Part shown: positions 11,071-24,912 of the stretch, in pieces
Numbering within the stretch: position 1 is the first letter of the stretch
Layout: every line of letters starts with the position of its first letter
Assembly: GCA_965287045.1 (NCBI GenBank)
Contig: OZ336879.1
Span: 40,362,001 to 40,426,000, forward strand
Source of the DNA: Carcharhinus amblyrhynchos
Lineage: Eukaryota
Reading direction: 5' to 3'
DNA length: 64,000 nt
The notes under the pieces: model-generated
Databases searched by the model: none
Told to the model about the DNA's origin: nothing
Seen by the model: only the letters and a program-made list of their open reading frames with translations
Position numbers and translations under genes: made by a program

Positions 11071-12305
11071 GATTTGATTTATTATTGTCACATATATTAG
11101 TATACAGTGAAAAGTATTGTTTCTTGCATGCTATACAGACAATGCATACCGTTCATAGAGAAGGAAATGAGAGAGTGCAGAACGTAGTGTTACAGTCATA
11201 GCTAGGATGTAGAAAAAAATCAACTCAATACAAGGTAGGTCCATTCAAAAGTCTGACAGCAGCAGGGAAGAAGCTATTTTTGAGTTGGTTGGTATATGAC
11301 CTCAGACTTTTGCAGCTTTTTCCTGGCGGAAGATGTTGAAAGAGAGAATACCCAGAGTGCTAAGGTCCTTAATTATGCTGACTGCTTTGCCAAGGCAGCG
11401 GGAAGTGTAGACAGAGTCAATGGACGGGAGGCTGGTTTTCATGATGTATTGGACTACATTCACAACCTTTTGTAGTTTCTTGCAGTCTTGAGCAGAGCAG
11501 GAGCCATACCAAGCTGTGATACAACCATAAAGAGTGCTTCCTGTGGTGCATCTGTAAACGTTGGTGAGAGTTGTAGCTGACATGCCAAACTTCCTTAGTC
11601 TTCTGAGAAATTGAGATGTTGGTGGGCTTTCGTAACCATAGTGTCAGCATGGGGGGATCGGGACAGGTTGTTGGTTATTTGGACACCTAAAAACTTGAAG
11701 CTTTCAAGCCTTTCTACTTCATCCCCTTTGATATAGACAGGGGTATGTTCTCCTTTACACTTCCTGAAATCGATGACAATCTCTTTCATTTTGTTGACAT
11801 TAAGGGAGAGATTATTGCCGCCACACCAGTTCACCTGATTCTCTATCTAATTTCTGTATCCTGCCTCATCATTGTTTTTGAACCATCCCACTAGGGTGGT
11901 GTTGTCAACAAACTTGAAAATCAAATTGGAGGGGAATTTGGCCGCATAGTCATAGGTGTTTAAGGAAATAGTAGGGGGCTGAGTACAGAGCCTTGAGGGG
12001 CACCAGTGTTGAGGATGATCGTGGAAGAGGTGTTGTTGCCTATCCTTCCTGATTGCGGTCTGTGAGTTAGGAAGTTCAGGATCCCGTCACAGAGCAAGGT
12101 GCCGAGGCCCAGGCCATGGAGTTTGGAGATGAGTTTTGTGGGAATAATAGTGTTGAAGGCTGAGTTGTAGTCAATAAATAGGAGTCTGACATAGGTGTCC
12201 TTGTTATCTAGGTGTTCCAGGTTGAGTGCAGGGTGGGGGAGATGGCGTCTGTTGTGGACCTGTTGTGGTGGTAGGCAAACTGTGGTGGCTCCAGGAGTCC
12301 AGGAG
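11071..12305 (-). mobile_element. Rex1/Babar LINE, 5'-truncated
   Basis: RT C-terminal peptides WCGGNNLSLNVNKMKEIVIDFRK, ESFKFLGVQITNNLS and GCITAWYGSCSAQDCKKLQKVV. (GATTT)n tail. Imperfect flanking repeat gctgaaatctaatga / gctgaaaataatga. Confidence 0.9.
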
Positions 12306-12560
12306 GCTGAAAATAAATGACTTGATATATATATATATGTATTTGTTATTTCAGTTGATTTATTTTTAGTGAATGTCCTTAGTCTTTCCAGGGTGAAAAG
12401 ATATTACGTTCAATTGTTCACTTGTTCTGTGTTTGATTATATTAATCTGTTTACTTTTGGTGCTAAACTGTTCTTGATTGGTTAAGCTTGGGTGTAGACT
12501 CAGGGAAAAGTAAACAAAATTTATGAAATCTCCAGATCCAAAACGTCAGATTGAACTTAA

Positions 12561-12676
12561 ACGGAAGATTTTACGCCATGTTGTAGTGGGGTGAGACCAT
12601 AAAATGTGGCGATCTGTTCAAAAGTCCATTGACTTTAATGGGACTGTAAGATCCTGCCAGCACAAAAACCAACCCC
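12561..12676. mobile_element. Short MITE, apparently inserted in a Penelope-type tail (12520-12750)
   Basis: GGAAGATTTTACG start and AAAGTCCATTGACTTT core. Followed by the Penelope-like tail tctgtttctctc..atgct...gctgagt..ttct.gcactttctgttt. Confidence 0.55.
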
Positions 12677-13067
12677 AAATTTAAGTCTGTTTCTCTCACT
12701 GCAAATGCTACAAGATTGCTGAGTTTTTCTGGCACTTTCTGTTTCTATTGTCGAAAGAGCTAGAAGCTAGAGCAAGAAGCACAGGGTACACATTTAAAGT
12801 ATTGTATTAAACTCTTGTAAAAGATAGGTTTCTGTACACTTATAAGTTGATGAATCAATTCTGCATGAATCCCTGATACAAATTATACAATGATGTGGGC
12901 CTGGACATGTAGACCAGTCCCAGTAAAGACAGAAGGTTTCTTTCCCTGAAGGACATTGGTGAAACAGTACTGAGAGCACTCTCTACAGCATTGGATATAC
13001 ATGGTTTGCCATGTGGCTGGGCATCTCTGAAATTACAACTGAAACAGTATTGCAAACTTTTCTAATA

Positions 13068-13200
13068 TTGTATACTGAGCACTTTTCACAATCCTTCGCA
13101 AAGCACTCTCCAGCAAGTTAAATACTTTCAAAGTATGGTCACTCTTATAAAGTAGGAAATGTGGCAGTTAGCTTACGCACAATAAAGTGCCACAAACTGT
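13068..13200 (-). mobile_element. DeuSINE (SacSINE1-like) 3' fragment
   Basis: Reverse complement resembles the 3' part of 34978-35342 (gtaggaaatgtggcag...gcaca...ccacaaac). Confidence 0.6.
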
Positions 13201-13424
13201 GAGCTGGACAGGTTTACCAGGCTACATTCATCTAAAATAAATTTGGCAGAAGGGTCAAAAAGGCCTTCAGTATGTCCAAGGGCTTAATGCCTGTTTTAGA
13301 CAATCAGCTAAACCACCTTTCAAATGATCCAGATGAAGTTAGCAATGGTTTGAAAACACAAGTAGGTTTGGTACAGGCCATCTTACCTTGTTAGGACTGC
13401 TCCCCAGATGAGGATCCCCCAATT

Positions 13425-14300
13425 TGTTACATTTTGGATGGGATGCCCTCAAATGTTTATGTCTTGGGTGAGGAGGGATGAACTGGTTCCCCTTCTTTAT
13501 TCAACATCCTTTGTTAATCACAACAAGATTCATTTAAAAAGGATCACTTCCCTCGCAGATACTTTTTCCTAGTCCTAGTTTTAAAAGGAGCCAATTTAAC
13601 CAGGCTTTCTTGAGTTAAAAAAAAAGTGAGTTTATTAGCTACTAAGGGCGAGAAAAAATATAAACACGTGCATAAACATTCACACAGATTAAACATGAGA
13701 ATGAGTCCATAAGTAAGTGAGTAAAAAAAATACAAATTATTCTTTACTTACCTGTGAGAAGTAGATGGTGGAACATTATACTGTTGTGATTTGCGATTAC
13801 AGTGGTGCTGACTTCAACAGCTGAATAGCTGGCTTTGAAATTCCAGTGTTATACAGTTTTGGCTGAGAAGTTGCCGTGCTTTCTTTTCAGCTGTGGCTTT
13901 GTAGATTCAGCAGTCAGAGAGAGAGAGAGAGAGAGACACAGAGTTACCTGCAAAAACTTTGGCAGGGGTCTGCTGCTACCTTTCCTCTTGTGTTCTACAC
14001 ACTGACACACCCTGCACTCATCAACACTGACCAAGTTTTGAACTGGCTTTTATTCCAATCTTTGTATATTCCTGCAAGACAAAAAAATCCACAAACCAAT
14101 CTGGGGCATTGATCACAGGATGTAATTCTTGCTGAGATAATAATATGTTCCTATTATCTCCACGGAAGATGGCAGTCAGTTTCTGTATGGATTTTGTGCT
14201 TTTGACGTGTCCTTGCCTGGAAGTATGGTGCAGTTCCATTGTTTCTCTCTCTTAGTGTCACCCACTAGCAATTCAGCCAATGACTGAATTTACATTCTTT
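13425..14300. mobile_element. Probable solo LTR-like element containing a (GA)n microsatellite (13916-13935)
   Basis: Starts TGTTAC. Composition is like the other LTR-like blocks (52328-53420). The right boundary is not resolved. Confidence 0.4.
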
Positions 14301-15124
14301 GGCTTGCATTCCATTATTAAAAATCATACGCCTCCAAGTTCAGTTCATCTATACGTAATTAGGGTCTCCTTTATTATTGTGACAACTTATGCTCACTTGA
14401 TGCCCTAAAAATTGTTAAAATGTAATAAAAATCCACACCAGAAAATCTAAAATTTCTGCTATTTTTGTAATGTGATACAGGGATTCTGACTTTTTGATTT
14501 TTTTCAATTGGGTTTTTTGTGGTATTGCTAAAGATGGTATAGTTTTTGACATTCACAATGATCTAGTGACAGTCAAATGTTCAATGGAGTCATTACAGCA
14601 ATTCGGCTGAAGGAAAATATTACAGAACTGCAAATAAGATATTGCAGACCGCAGTCATTCTGCAAAGATATAATATTTGCAATGCGACTTTTCTCACATT
14701 GTACAGAACTTTTTTAGGGTACTTGTTTTCTTCATTCTTCCTGAATGCAATTTACATTTATCTAGCATCTCATTATGGCCTGAAAACTTCTCAACTTGCT
14801 TTACTGCTATTGAATGACTTCTAGTTGTAACATAGGCAAATGTGGCATTACCAGGGAGTAAGGGCCCACAAATATCTAAGAGTTTCTGCTCTGGACCGAA
14901 ATTTAGTGGTTGGAGTGTGAATTCGGAGGGACTCCCACTGGAGAGCAGGGAGGGTCAGGACATTGAATCATGCACTGCCCACCAAATTTATTATGCAGCC
15001 AGGGGGATTACGTCACACCGTGTGGTAGAGCAGGCAACAAGTGGCACAGCCTACAGTCATGTCCGGGCACCATAGTTAAAGGGCACCCAGGCAATAAGTA
15101 ATTCACTGCACAGGAGTCAAGGAC

Positions 15125-15325
15125 ATGGCTTCTGGAAAGCTGCAAACACCAGCCCCATGGGCCAGTGATGCCTGGCTGAGCCTCTCCTCCAGGTCAGGGA
15201 GGATAGGAAGATTGTTCTCTTTCCAAGGACCACAGTGGCCTGGGAGAAGGTTGCCAGGGTGGTCATTGCCATAGGGTTGCAGAGGAGATCCACCCTGCAT
15301 GAACACCCTAATTTGCATTGCTAGG
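15125..15325 (+). pseudogene. Harbinger Myb/SANT-like gene exon remnant
   Basis: MASGKLQTPAPWASDAWL... followed (frameshifted) by AWEKVARVVIAIGLQRRS. This resembles the APRFSD..L / AWEEVA..V..RR pattern of Harbinger Myb proteins. MITE-like sequence lies upstream (about 14890-15100). Confidence 0.55.
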
Positions 15326-15369
15326 TTAAGTGAACACTTTACTCTCTATACTTACCCTCACTATTTCCT

Positions 15370-15680
15370 GAATTTGTTATGGGGCATGGATGTCAATAGC
15401 AAGACCAGCATCTATGCTGCCCATCCCTAAATGCCCTTGAGAAGCTGCTGGAGTACTCTTTATTGCCCCACAGCAGCCCATGCAGTCTACTGGTGGGGAG
15501 GCAGCTATGAATTTCTGATTCAGCCACACTGAAGGCACAGTCATTGTGAGGGGTTTGGGGGAGAGAGTGGGAGGGTGAGTGGGGGAATTGTTGGAGTAGA
15601 GGATAACTTGCAGATGCTATTGATGCCATGTCTCTGCTGCCCTTGTCCTTCTAGCTGTAACGCTTACGAGTCTGGAGTCA
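15370..15680 (-). mobile_element. CR1/L2-group LINE 3' fragment
   Basis: ccagcatctatgctgcccatccctaaatgcccttgagaag tail and ctgctgcccttgtccttctag motif. Confidence 0.65.
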
Positions 15681-18600
15681 GGAAAAAACAGGAGGGGGCC
15701 ATACTCAACATCCAACCCCTCACTCAGTATGAACATTGAGCTGCCAAATTGTGCCCAGGGTGAGGTCAGCTTTCCACAAGCATCCTGTGAGGTAGTATGC
15801 TTAATCTCTGCAAACCGGAATCAGAGGATAAGGCAGTGTGTAATGTCGGTGGCGGCTGAGACAGTCATTCATTCTCTCACCTTTCCACTCTAGATGCTGA
15901 TGAGGAAGAGGATGAGGTCAGTCCTACACGAGGACTCATTCCCAGGCCCCCAGGGGACCTGACAAACTCCCTAACCTTGAAATACAGTCAGATAAATCAC
16001 AAAAATTTAACATCACCAGTCTCAAGCCTAATTCTTTCTTAAAATTAGTGAGGGCTGGATCTTCTCTGGAAAAGAATAATCTTTTTGGGGAATTTAAGGG
16101 AGATGGATAGTTGGGGTACCATCCCTTTAACTAAGAAATTAGTTACATGGCTTAAGAAACAGTATACATTTTGGAAGTACTTGTTGGATTCTTAGATTTG
16201 TTGGATTCACTTCAGCATCTGTCAATATAAAGATGCGACTATTAGCAATCAGCACTGATAATTCTCCCCTCACCTGGGACAGAAGCATCTCAATAACTCT
16301 AAGTCTTCTATTCAGGAATTTCAGAGTAAATGTCACTTCAATAATTGATGGGTATCTTACTTGAATATTTTGCTGTAACAAAAATTGGATTTAAAAATTG
16401 GATTCTCCACTAGAAATAAGATTACATTTTCTATATTTTCTTAGAGCTATTAATGTTGCAACTGATTGTCTTACCAAACTGTGAGGTGCATGTCCAGTTC
16501 TTCAATAAACTTCTAGATAGTTTTGAATTTGCCTTGTCTTACCTGGCCTTTTGTGCCATTAACTCATGAACACCAGCCCCATGCACTCTTTGGTGAAGAA
16601 CAACATTACAGAGGAGAGATTCCCAGCAGATTCTCCCAGCAAAGCCACAGATGATGTCTGACCATCATGGCACCATAGGATATGCTATTCAGTGTGGGAG
16701 TCAATCCTGTCTGACCAGGGCCCTCCACAGAGAGGCTGCCATGCATTTGACAGTCAATGATGCTGTATTGCCATTGCCAGTAACTAGGGGGACATGCCTT
16801 TTCCACAGTTTTCACCTTATTCACGTGTGAAGCTGTCAGCTTGACACTGTGTTTTGCACTTGCCTTGCCAGCACACATCAGGTCATTTGTTTTTAATGGC
16901 ACTAAAGCCATGTAAAAGGATAAGCTCACAGCTGCTAACTTCCTCTTCATCCATGCTTGCCTTGTTCTCCCTGCTGGTTTCCTCCTCTGTTCCCATGGAA
17001 ACATGCAGCCCTGGACTATGAAGCCATCTTTGATCCACCATTTGCCATTTGCAGGTGTGTCCCAGGCACCTGGGCTCCCTCTCTGGGGGATGCATCACTT
17101 ACATTCACTTAGATATTGGACCAATGGTACCTAAACAGAGATTTCCCTCCACCTATACCATCTCAATCAATGCCCCCCTCCCACCCCCACACTTAGTCAG
17201 CTCTGAGAAGATCCAATGCAGTGGAACATAGGTGTTTGTTTCAGATCCTGAAATCAATATGTCAGGTCTTCTAGTAAAATCCCATCAATATTTTTGCATT
17301 GAACCAGTCAACCATCCGTCCAACATTTACTTCTGCACAGCAAGGTAAAAGTTGACGTCTCTGAGTCAAGAATATACTCCAGCATGATTAACTTACAACA
17401 GTTCCTTGCAATCCATGCAGCAGGAGAGATCCACTATTGTTCAATTTATGGTTCAACAGTAACTTTTGATCAAAGCAGACCACTGAACACATGAAATAAC
17501 ACTTTAGATACCCAGCAGACATCCTCAAATACAAGTCCAAAAGGGTGCCTGTCTGATCATGTGTCTACACACTGCAAGCTGAATGGTTTTACACCACACA
17601 AAAGACAACCAATGGAATGACCATTCTAAAGAGGATCTGCAGAATAATGAAGGCATCAATAACATGAAGGGGGAGGGTGGGTTTGAAAAAGTTACTTGCA
17701 GCCAAAGCTAGTTACTCATCAGAGTATAAATCCCGATTGCCTGTATTAACAAATACATTCATTAACTGACGAATCCTTCCACACTAACTCTGGTGAAATA
17801 CAAAGTTTGCCAGTATTATCGCATTGCACTATAAGACAACCAGCCCATACAGAAACACTCCCTACATACAACCATTTCAAACTATGTTGTACTTTAAATG
17901 GCTTATAGTTTCTGACTAAACAGAATTTACCCTCTCTAGTGTTTTGTCGAAGTTGCTTCAGTGTGAGAGGTGGTAGGTTCTCACATAAGTGCTCGTGTGA
18001 TGTTTGCAATCGGTGACCTGCAATATCCCAATTTCTCTCAGAAACTTGTTCCAATATTTCCACGGTTGCCTTTGAAAGCCTCTGGACACAGCTGGAGCAC
18101 CCTTGCCAATGGAAGATCATCCTGCAGCTCCACACTGTTACTCCCATTCTTTGGTCACAAAAGAAAAGCTTCATTTTAAGCTGACATGGATTGTCAAGAA
18201 CCAGCACTAACATGAGACCATGAAAGCATAAGATATAGGACCATGAGGGGTGCATTTCACCCCCACCCCCCACCCCCTCACCAACCCCCTCCTCAAACCT
18301 GCTCCCCCATTCACTGACAGCATGGCTGATCTGACTGTGGCCTTAACTCCACTTTCCTGATTCATTTCGACCTCCCCACCCCCACTCCCTGTAGATCTTT
18401 AGCACTGTACTTCCTACCCCCTATCAGCCGTTGTCTGCTACATGCATAAGTCAAGCAATCTGGAAAACTGAATGGGTCTCCCACTGACTCCCGAGGCAGG
18501 GATTGCTCTCGAATGCCAAACACATACAAGTTTACACTAAGAGACCGAAACTGACACCATGATATTTCAGAAAACTCTTCATAAGAAACATATTCTGCTG

Positions 18601-19064
18601 CTCCTGGTGTTAAATCCTTGAGAAATTCTCACTGAATCCATCAATAATTTTCAAGTAAGTACATGTGATATGTTTTCCCTTTACTTTAAATTTATCCTTA
18701 CAGAATGCCTAAGACTCATTTATTTATGTTTATACTTCAGTGAAAAAATGCACAGAGACGTTCTGAAATATAATTTTTGTCATATTTTGATTTTCATTGA
18801 TAATTAATTTTGACAAACTGAACAACTAAAAGCTGCATACATGTAAATGACTACACTACTGGAAGTAGTAATAAACTACTCTAATTCAAAATTCCCTCTG
18901 AAAATTATTTGAAGAGAAACTAAAATGTCCTCATATTGTTTGTTATTTATTCATGGAATGTAAGTATCACTGATCAGGCCTACATTAATGTGCAACTTGG
19001 ACTGAGAAGGTGATGGTGATTTGCCTTTTGAAATCACTGCAGACCTGTGCTGTAGTTAAACACA

Positions 19065-20129
19065 GAGTCTGGGGTTTTGACCCATTGAAGCTGAAGGGAT
19101 GGAGATATGGGGGCTGATACGCCCATCGCAGCCCCCAACTTTTCTGGCGGGTCCATTCGGGAAAATTGCTTTGTTGGCCTTCTTCCATGATTTGCACTTG
19201 CGCCGGGAATGTATGCTCATCTCCCAGAGCTGGAAACCGGCAGGAAGATAGATAGGTCATTTGAATCTTTTTTTAATGCAATTTAAATATATTTAGCATT
19301 TCATTGTTGGGAACATGCCAGTCCTGATTGAATCTCCCACCCTGCCAGGGGTACTTCATTCTGACAAGGTTTAGACCAGCTACCCACATTCAGGGAACTG
19401 AACAGGAGTTCTCCTGGAATGAAGAGGGGGGGGGGTCAATCAGGGCCCCCCAAGGAGTCGGGAGAAGCAGGGGTGGCGTCCCCTGAGCATGCTGAAGAAG
19501 CCAAGTACCCATGCCCTTGGCACTGCCCAGTGGGCATCGGTCAGTGCCAAGGAGGCGGGGCCTATTGTGGGTGGGGCCTAGAGACGATTGGTGGGGTTGG
19601 GGTCCCACTGCCAATCTGCATGGGGGCGGGGGGGGGGGTGGCGGGCGGGGGGGGCAGTGATGGTGGGTGGTGTCTGACCCTAAGGTGGATCAGCAGGGGG
19701 CAAGGGTCTGCTGGAGTGAGTGGGGTGAGTGGATCACCACTGCTGAGTGGCTGACCTGGGCATCAGGGCGCTCCAGGGTGGGGGAGTCAGGTATGGTCCG
19801 GGAGTTCCCGTGGAAGCTGCAATCAGGCTGTGGGGAAGGGGAGCTGGAGGGGCAGCACTGTGAGGTCCCAAGCTGGCCAGCAATTGAGCTGGCCAGCAAG
19901 CGGAGAGACTGATAGATCGGGGCCACTGCACATGCGCAGAGACCCGGAACGATCAGATTCTGGCCTGAATAGGCCTCTTCCCTCTGGGTTTTTAATTAGA
20001 TTCCTGATTGGGACCTCTGCAGTGGACAGAATGGGGAGATTCAGGTCTGAATCTGCATTGAGAAAACTGTTGTGACCTCGAACAGTATTTTTTTCCCACC
20101 AATTCAGCACTTTTGGGAGAATCGCCCCC
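19065..20129. mobile_element. About 1.06-kb GC-rich MITE (Harbinger-type)
   Basis: Ends GGGAGAATCGCCCCC. Its terminal 350 bp resemble 42750-43083 and, in reverse, the left end of 4353-5539. Confidence 0.75.
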
Positions 20130-20139
20130 ACAGTTCCAA

Positions 20140-21085
20140 GTCAGAAAGGTCTGGTTTCTGGAGGGTAACATAGCAAATAGTGGTGTTCCCATGTCACCCT
20201 TATTGGTTTAAGTGAATGAGATTTCAGCTGAAGAAAGTGGTGCTGAAGGGGCTTGATGTGTTGCTGCAGTGCATCTTGTGGATAACACACACTGCTGCCA
20301 CTGTGTGCCAGTGATGAAGGAAATAGGTGTCTAATGTGGCGCCAATCAAGTAGAAGCTTTGTCCTCAGCAGTGTGAAATTTCTTGTGTGTTGTTGGAGTT
20401 TTACTCATCGAAGCAAGAGCTGACTTGAGCTTTGTAGACTGTGGAAAAACTTTGGGATATCAGTTATTTACTACAGACCTTCCAACCTTTGACCTTAGGT
20501 ATTTTCCAGGTGATAGGTCATGTTGAATTCAATGCTGGCAATGCCAGTGAATGTCAACAGAAGGTGGTTAGATTCTCTCACATTGAAGATGATCATTGCC
20601 TAATACTTGTGTGGCATGAATGTCACTTGCCATTTATCAGCTCAAGCTTAACTGTTGTCAAGATCTGCATGTGAACATGCACTGTCTCATTTTCTGAATA
20701 GTGCATTGTAACTGAACACTGTGCAATCATCACCAAACATCCCCACTTCTGGCCTTATGATGGAGGGAAGGTCTTTGAGAAAGCAACTGAAGAAACGCTA
20801 CCCTTGGAAATCCTGCAGCCTGTCCTGTGACTGAGATGATTCGCCCCTAACAAACACATCAACCTTCTTTTTGCTAGATATCATTCTAGCAAGTGGAGAA
20901 CTTTTTCCCCAACTCCCATAATGTTTGATACCACACTCAGCCAAATGCTGTCTTGATGTCAAGAGCAGTGACTTGACAGCCACCTCTGGAATTAAGATCT
21001 TTTGTCCATGCTTGCACCATGGCAGTAATGAAGTCTAGAGTCAGGTATCCTGGCAGTACCCAAACTGAACATTGATTATTAACAG
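20140..21085 (-). mobile_element. CR1/L2-group LINE RT fragment (decayed)
   Basis: Minus-strand peptides LDFITAMVQAWTKDLNSRG and VTALDIKTAFG (RT motif). Same family as 47447-48805. Confidence 0.8.
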
Positions 21086-22462
21086 GGTCCAGAAGAGGGA
21101 GGGTGCACAAGATGCACAACACCAGGGACCATCGTCAAAGTGAGGGGAGGCCAGGGTCAAGTAAATATTTTCCACACAACTCCCTTGTTTTAAAGAACAT
21201 AATATTAACCTGCAGCAGTCTAAATGTTGTGACAATTTTTGAGTGGTTGTGTAAAGTCTTATCTGCTCACACATTCTATATTTCAGAATTTAACGTCTCC
21301 CTGTCTGTGGATAGATGGGGAGGAAATTAAGGAGGAACGTATCAACTCGTGAACCATCCAAGGCTGTGATTGGTTACCAATGATATGATTGAGAAACACT
21401 CTTTTTGAATATTGGAAGCTGATTGGTGGACAGACATGCTCCGAACAACGAGAGTGATGAGTGAGGGCTGTTCTGTGGACCATATCAAGACAGAAACTTT
21501 CTCTAGCAGTGGAAGGATTTTACTGCAAATTTACTGGTACAATACAGCTCTCTGCCAGGCTTGATGATATCGATTTAAATAGTAGATAGTCTAAGGGTTT
21601 TATCCTTTACTTTTTCTGTAATATCAATTATAACTGACAAGCAAATGTGACACTTACCTATTGAGTATTGGTTGATCAGTTTTATATGTGTGTTATATAT
21701 ATAGATATGGAACATAATCATCTTCATAACCATACAAGGAAGTTATAATTGTAAAAAGTCTGAAGTCAAAGTCAATTCTGTAATTGTGATGATGTCTGTG
21801 TATTTAAAAAAAACACAATTTGGGATGATTGTAGGTATTATGCAGTTTTATAGGTCATTTTATGCGTATCTATATAAAATAAAATAACAGGTCATTTGCT
21901 CAGATGAATGCGACTGTAGCTTTCAAGTTGAACAATTACTTAAATATGTTTGTTTGTAACAATTGGAAATATTTAGCCACTACCAATCGCTTTCAATTCA
22001 GATAGATTATTGGTGATCGCTAATAGTTTTCTATATTCACGTTATGCCAGTCACAGCTAATAATACTGAAAGGCAGTTCCTTGAACCGCATAATGCTATT
22101 TTGTCCTCCTGCCATACAGCTGCACATTTTTCTTCGCCATATTACATTTATTATTGCTTTTGCTCACCATTTCCTCATTTCTATCTTAGGACCCACGAGG
22201 AAATTGTTGACAATTATTATCTAAATAAATGCTTGCCATGACATGAGCATCGAATGCAGCTGTTTAAAATGATTAATGCAAGCAACATGAATGAAAATCA
22301 ACAGAACAAATATTTTTGGGGGATGGGCATTTCTTATTGAAGTGTAAGTATGCAGATTCGTCAATGTAACTCAATAACTCAATTAAAACCAGAGGAGAAA
22401 TTAGTAGAAGAAAAGTGATAGTGGGAGCAGCATGGGAGTAGTCCTAATAAGAGTTTAACATC

Positions 22463-23175
22463 TCTTCCAAAAGATGGCATCTTTAACAGTGCCGCGCTCT
22501 CGGTGTTGTACAGGAGTGACATAGAGTCACACCGTCTTAGAGGTTTACAGCATGGAAATAGTCCCTTCAGGCCAATTTGTCCATGTTGCCCTTTTTTTAA
22601 ACCCCTAAGCTAGTCCCAATTGCCCTCATTTGGCCCATATCCCTCTATACCCATCTTACCCATGTAACTGTCTAAACGTTTTTAAACGACAAAACTGTAC
22701 TTGCCACTACGACTACTTCTGGCAGCTTATTCCAGACACTCGCCACCCTCTGTGTAAAAAATTGCCCCTCTGGACCCTTTTGTATCTCTCCTCTCTCACC
22801 TTAAACCAATGCCTGCGAGTTTTAAGCTCCTCTACCTTTGGGAAAAGATATCGACCATCCAGCTGATCTGTGCCCCTCATTATTTTATAAACCTCTATAA
22901 GATCACCCCTCAGCCTTCTACACTCCAGAGAAAAAAATCCCAGTCTATCCAGCCTCTCCTTATAACTCAAACCATCAAGTCCTGGTAGCATCCTAGTAAA
23001 TCTTTTCTCCATTCTTTCTAGTTTAATAATATCCTTTCTATAATAGGGTGACCAGAACTGTACACAGTATTCCAACTGTGGCCTTACCAATGTCCTGATA
23101 TCCTAGACTTTGTGCTCCAGTCTCTGAACCTGCAACCCTGTGATTTAGAGGCAAGTGCGCAACCAACAGCAGCTA
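22463..23175 (-). mobile_element. DeuSINE-like 5' fragment split by a CR1 insertion
   Basis: aagatggcatctttaacagtgccgc...aggagtg (22463-22520) continues at about 23100 with cctagactttgtgctccagtctctg...gaacc...tttagaggcaagtg. Confidence 0.55.
22521..23092 (-). mobile_element. CR1 (HER1-like) LINE 3' fragment, relatively young
   Basis: Open 125-aa ORF VRPQLEYCVQFWSPYYRKDIIKLER...RLRGDLIEVYKIMRG, the canonical CR1 ORF2 C-terminus. Confidence 0.95.
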
Positions 23176-24019
23176 AGGATGGGCAATAAATGCTGGTCTC
23201 GTCAGCAACGCCCACATCCTGTTTAGAAACTGAGCCATCTCTGAAGCTAATGCTCAAGCCAGACCTCCACATTTATGGAGGGAATAGAGCAGCTGGTGGA
23301 GTTATACGACTGCATTTTGAACCAGTTTGAATTGTCTGTGAGTTGCAGCTTCAGATTCCATTTCTTCTGCTTGTGTGCCTCTCAGCCAGATGGTGCCATT
23401 TCCTGAAACTTGGATGCAAACATTCATAGCAGAGTTCTCTCCCACTTGCTGCACCAGGGCTGTGATTTTGCTTATCGTGACGTTAATACTTCCACATTAT
23501 TCCAGCAAGCCTATTAATTTTGTTCTAACACTGAGAGACTAGCAATTGTGTTTGGGATGTTCATGTGCACAATGGGCTCAAATCGTGAAAAGCTCATGCA
23601 TAGCAATGCAATGTCAGTCTTTATCACAGAGCCTGAAATGCAAAGAGGTTATGCTTCGGTTGTAGACAACTTTGGACAGAGCACATCTCAGGTACTACAT
23701 TCAGTTTTGGGCAATGCACCTTAAGAAGAATATATCAACCTCAATGAAAACCTCCCATATGATCTTTGACACTTTGGACAATTACCCACTCCCTTCATTC
23801 CTGACATCCTTCTGAGAATGCCTACAAGCTCCACAATAGTTGACAAGTCTTGTGATTGTCAATGTCCCTGCAATCACCATCATTCACCGCATTCACCAAA
23901 TAGACTGTGGTCAGTGATACTGTGCTGTGATCACCAGTGTTAATTATATCAGTTAGAGTGAAGTACATATAGGTCGAGGTCACATCCTCCACACACCACC
24001 ACCCCCCCTCCCTGCCCCA

Positions 24020-24560
24020 GCAGACACTGATGACTCCAGAGATCACTGATTCTCTTCCCTGTGGTTGCTGATCCCTCTACCATCACCCACCAGTTCCACA
24101 ATCATCTGCAGCACCACCCCACCCTGAACTCATTGACTCCACTCCCCCTCCCTCCCGTCAGTGACACGCATCCACCCCCCCTTTCACAATTATTTATCCA
24201 TCCCCTCTGGTCATCAACAGGTAACTGAAGTGAACGCTCCCCATTCCTTCACCAAATACGGTCACTGACCCCGCCATAATTACTGATTTCCTCTCACCGC
24301 TGATCACCAATCCCTTGAACTCTGGTTAATCAATTGCACCCCATCATCAATCCTCTTAATGATCATTCATTTGTTCCAGGATTACCAATTATCCCATTCA
24401 ACAATCCATTCCATGGTTACTAATCCCCTGATTCCTCCTCCGGGTCCCCAGATCACCAATATTCCCTTTGTAAGAACCAGCACCTTCCTGAACATGAGCA
24501 TCAATCCTTTCCTGATCCCTGTATCTCAGCTGTAATCATCCCCCAACTGTAAATCTCCCC
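24020..24560. repeat. C/T-rich low-complexity region with recurrent GATCAC(C/T)/ATCCC motifs
   Basis: gatcactgat, gatcaccaat (twice), gtcactgacc and attactgatt, interspersed with C-runs. Confidence 0.45.
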
Positions 24561-24654
24561 ATCATCCAGAACTCCTTCCCTCAACTTGGTAACATCTCCC
24601 CAGTAAATAGTAGGAGTATTTCCTCTGGCTGGGTTAATGCAGAACAAGGCCACA

Positions 24655-24912
24655 ATCATAAGATTAGAACTTGGCCATTTGGGAATGTAATCAAGAATTA
24701 CTTTGCAATCCAAACAGTAACGGAAATTGGTAATTTTCTCCCCTAAAATTGAGTCACTTGAAATTTTGAAGAGTGGAATCACCAGTACTTTACAGATAAG
24801 GCTATCAAGGGAACTAAGGTAAATAAGTGAGCTTGAAGCATAGATCAGTCATGATTTAGTTTAATAGCAGTTAATGTTTGAGGAACTGAATGGTCTAATC
24901 CTATTCCTACTG
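24655..24912 (+). mobile_element. CR1 LINE 3' end (old)
   Basis: ggctatcaaggga...agatcagtcatgat...gaactgaatggtctaatcctattcct tail. Confidence 0.7.

Noticed and set aside
16273-16372. Minus-strand AG...CAG|GTGAGG exon-like segment (QNIQVRYPSIIEV...)
   Set aside because: Peptide not recognised and no other exons link to it; cannot be supported.
16540-17060. Possible Harbinger transposase remnant on the minus strand (SIIDCQ)
   Set aside because: Only a 4-5 residue resemblance, and the other DDE motifs were not found.
17746-18273. 175-aa minus-strand ORF
   Set aside because: Starts in a CR1 tail/C-run, has no recognisable family motif and no convincing splice context.
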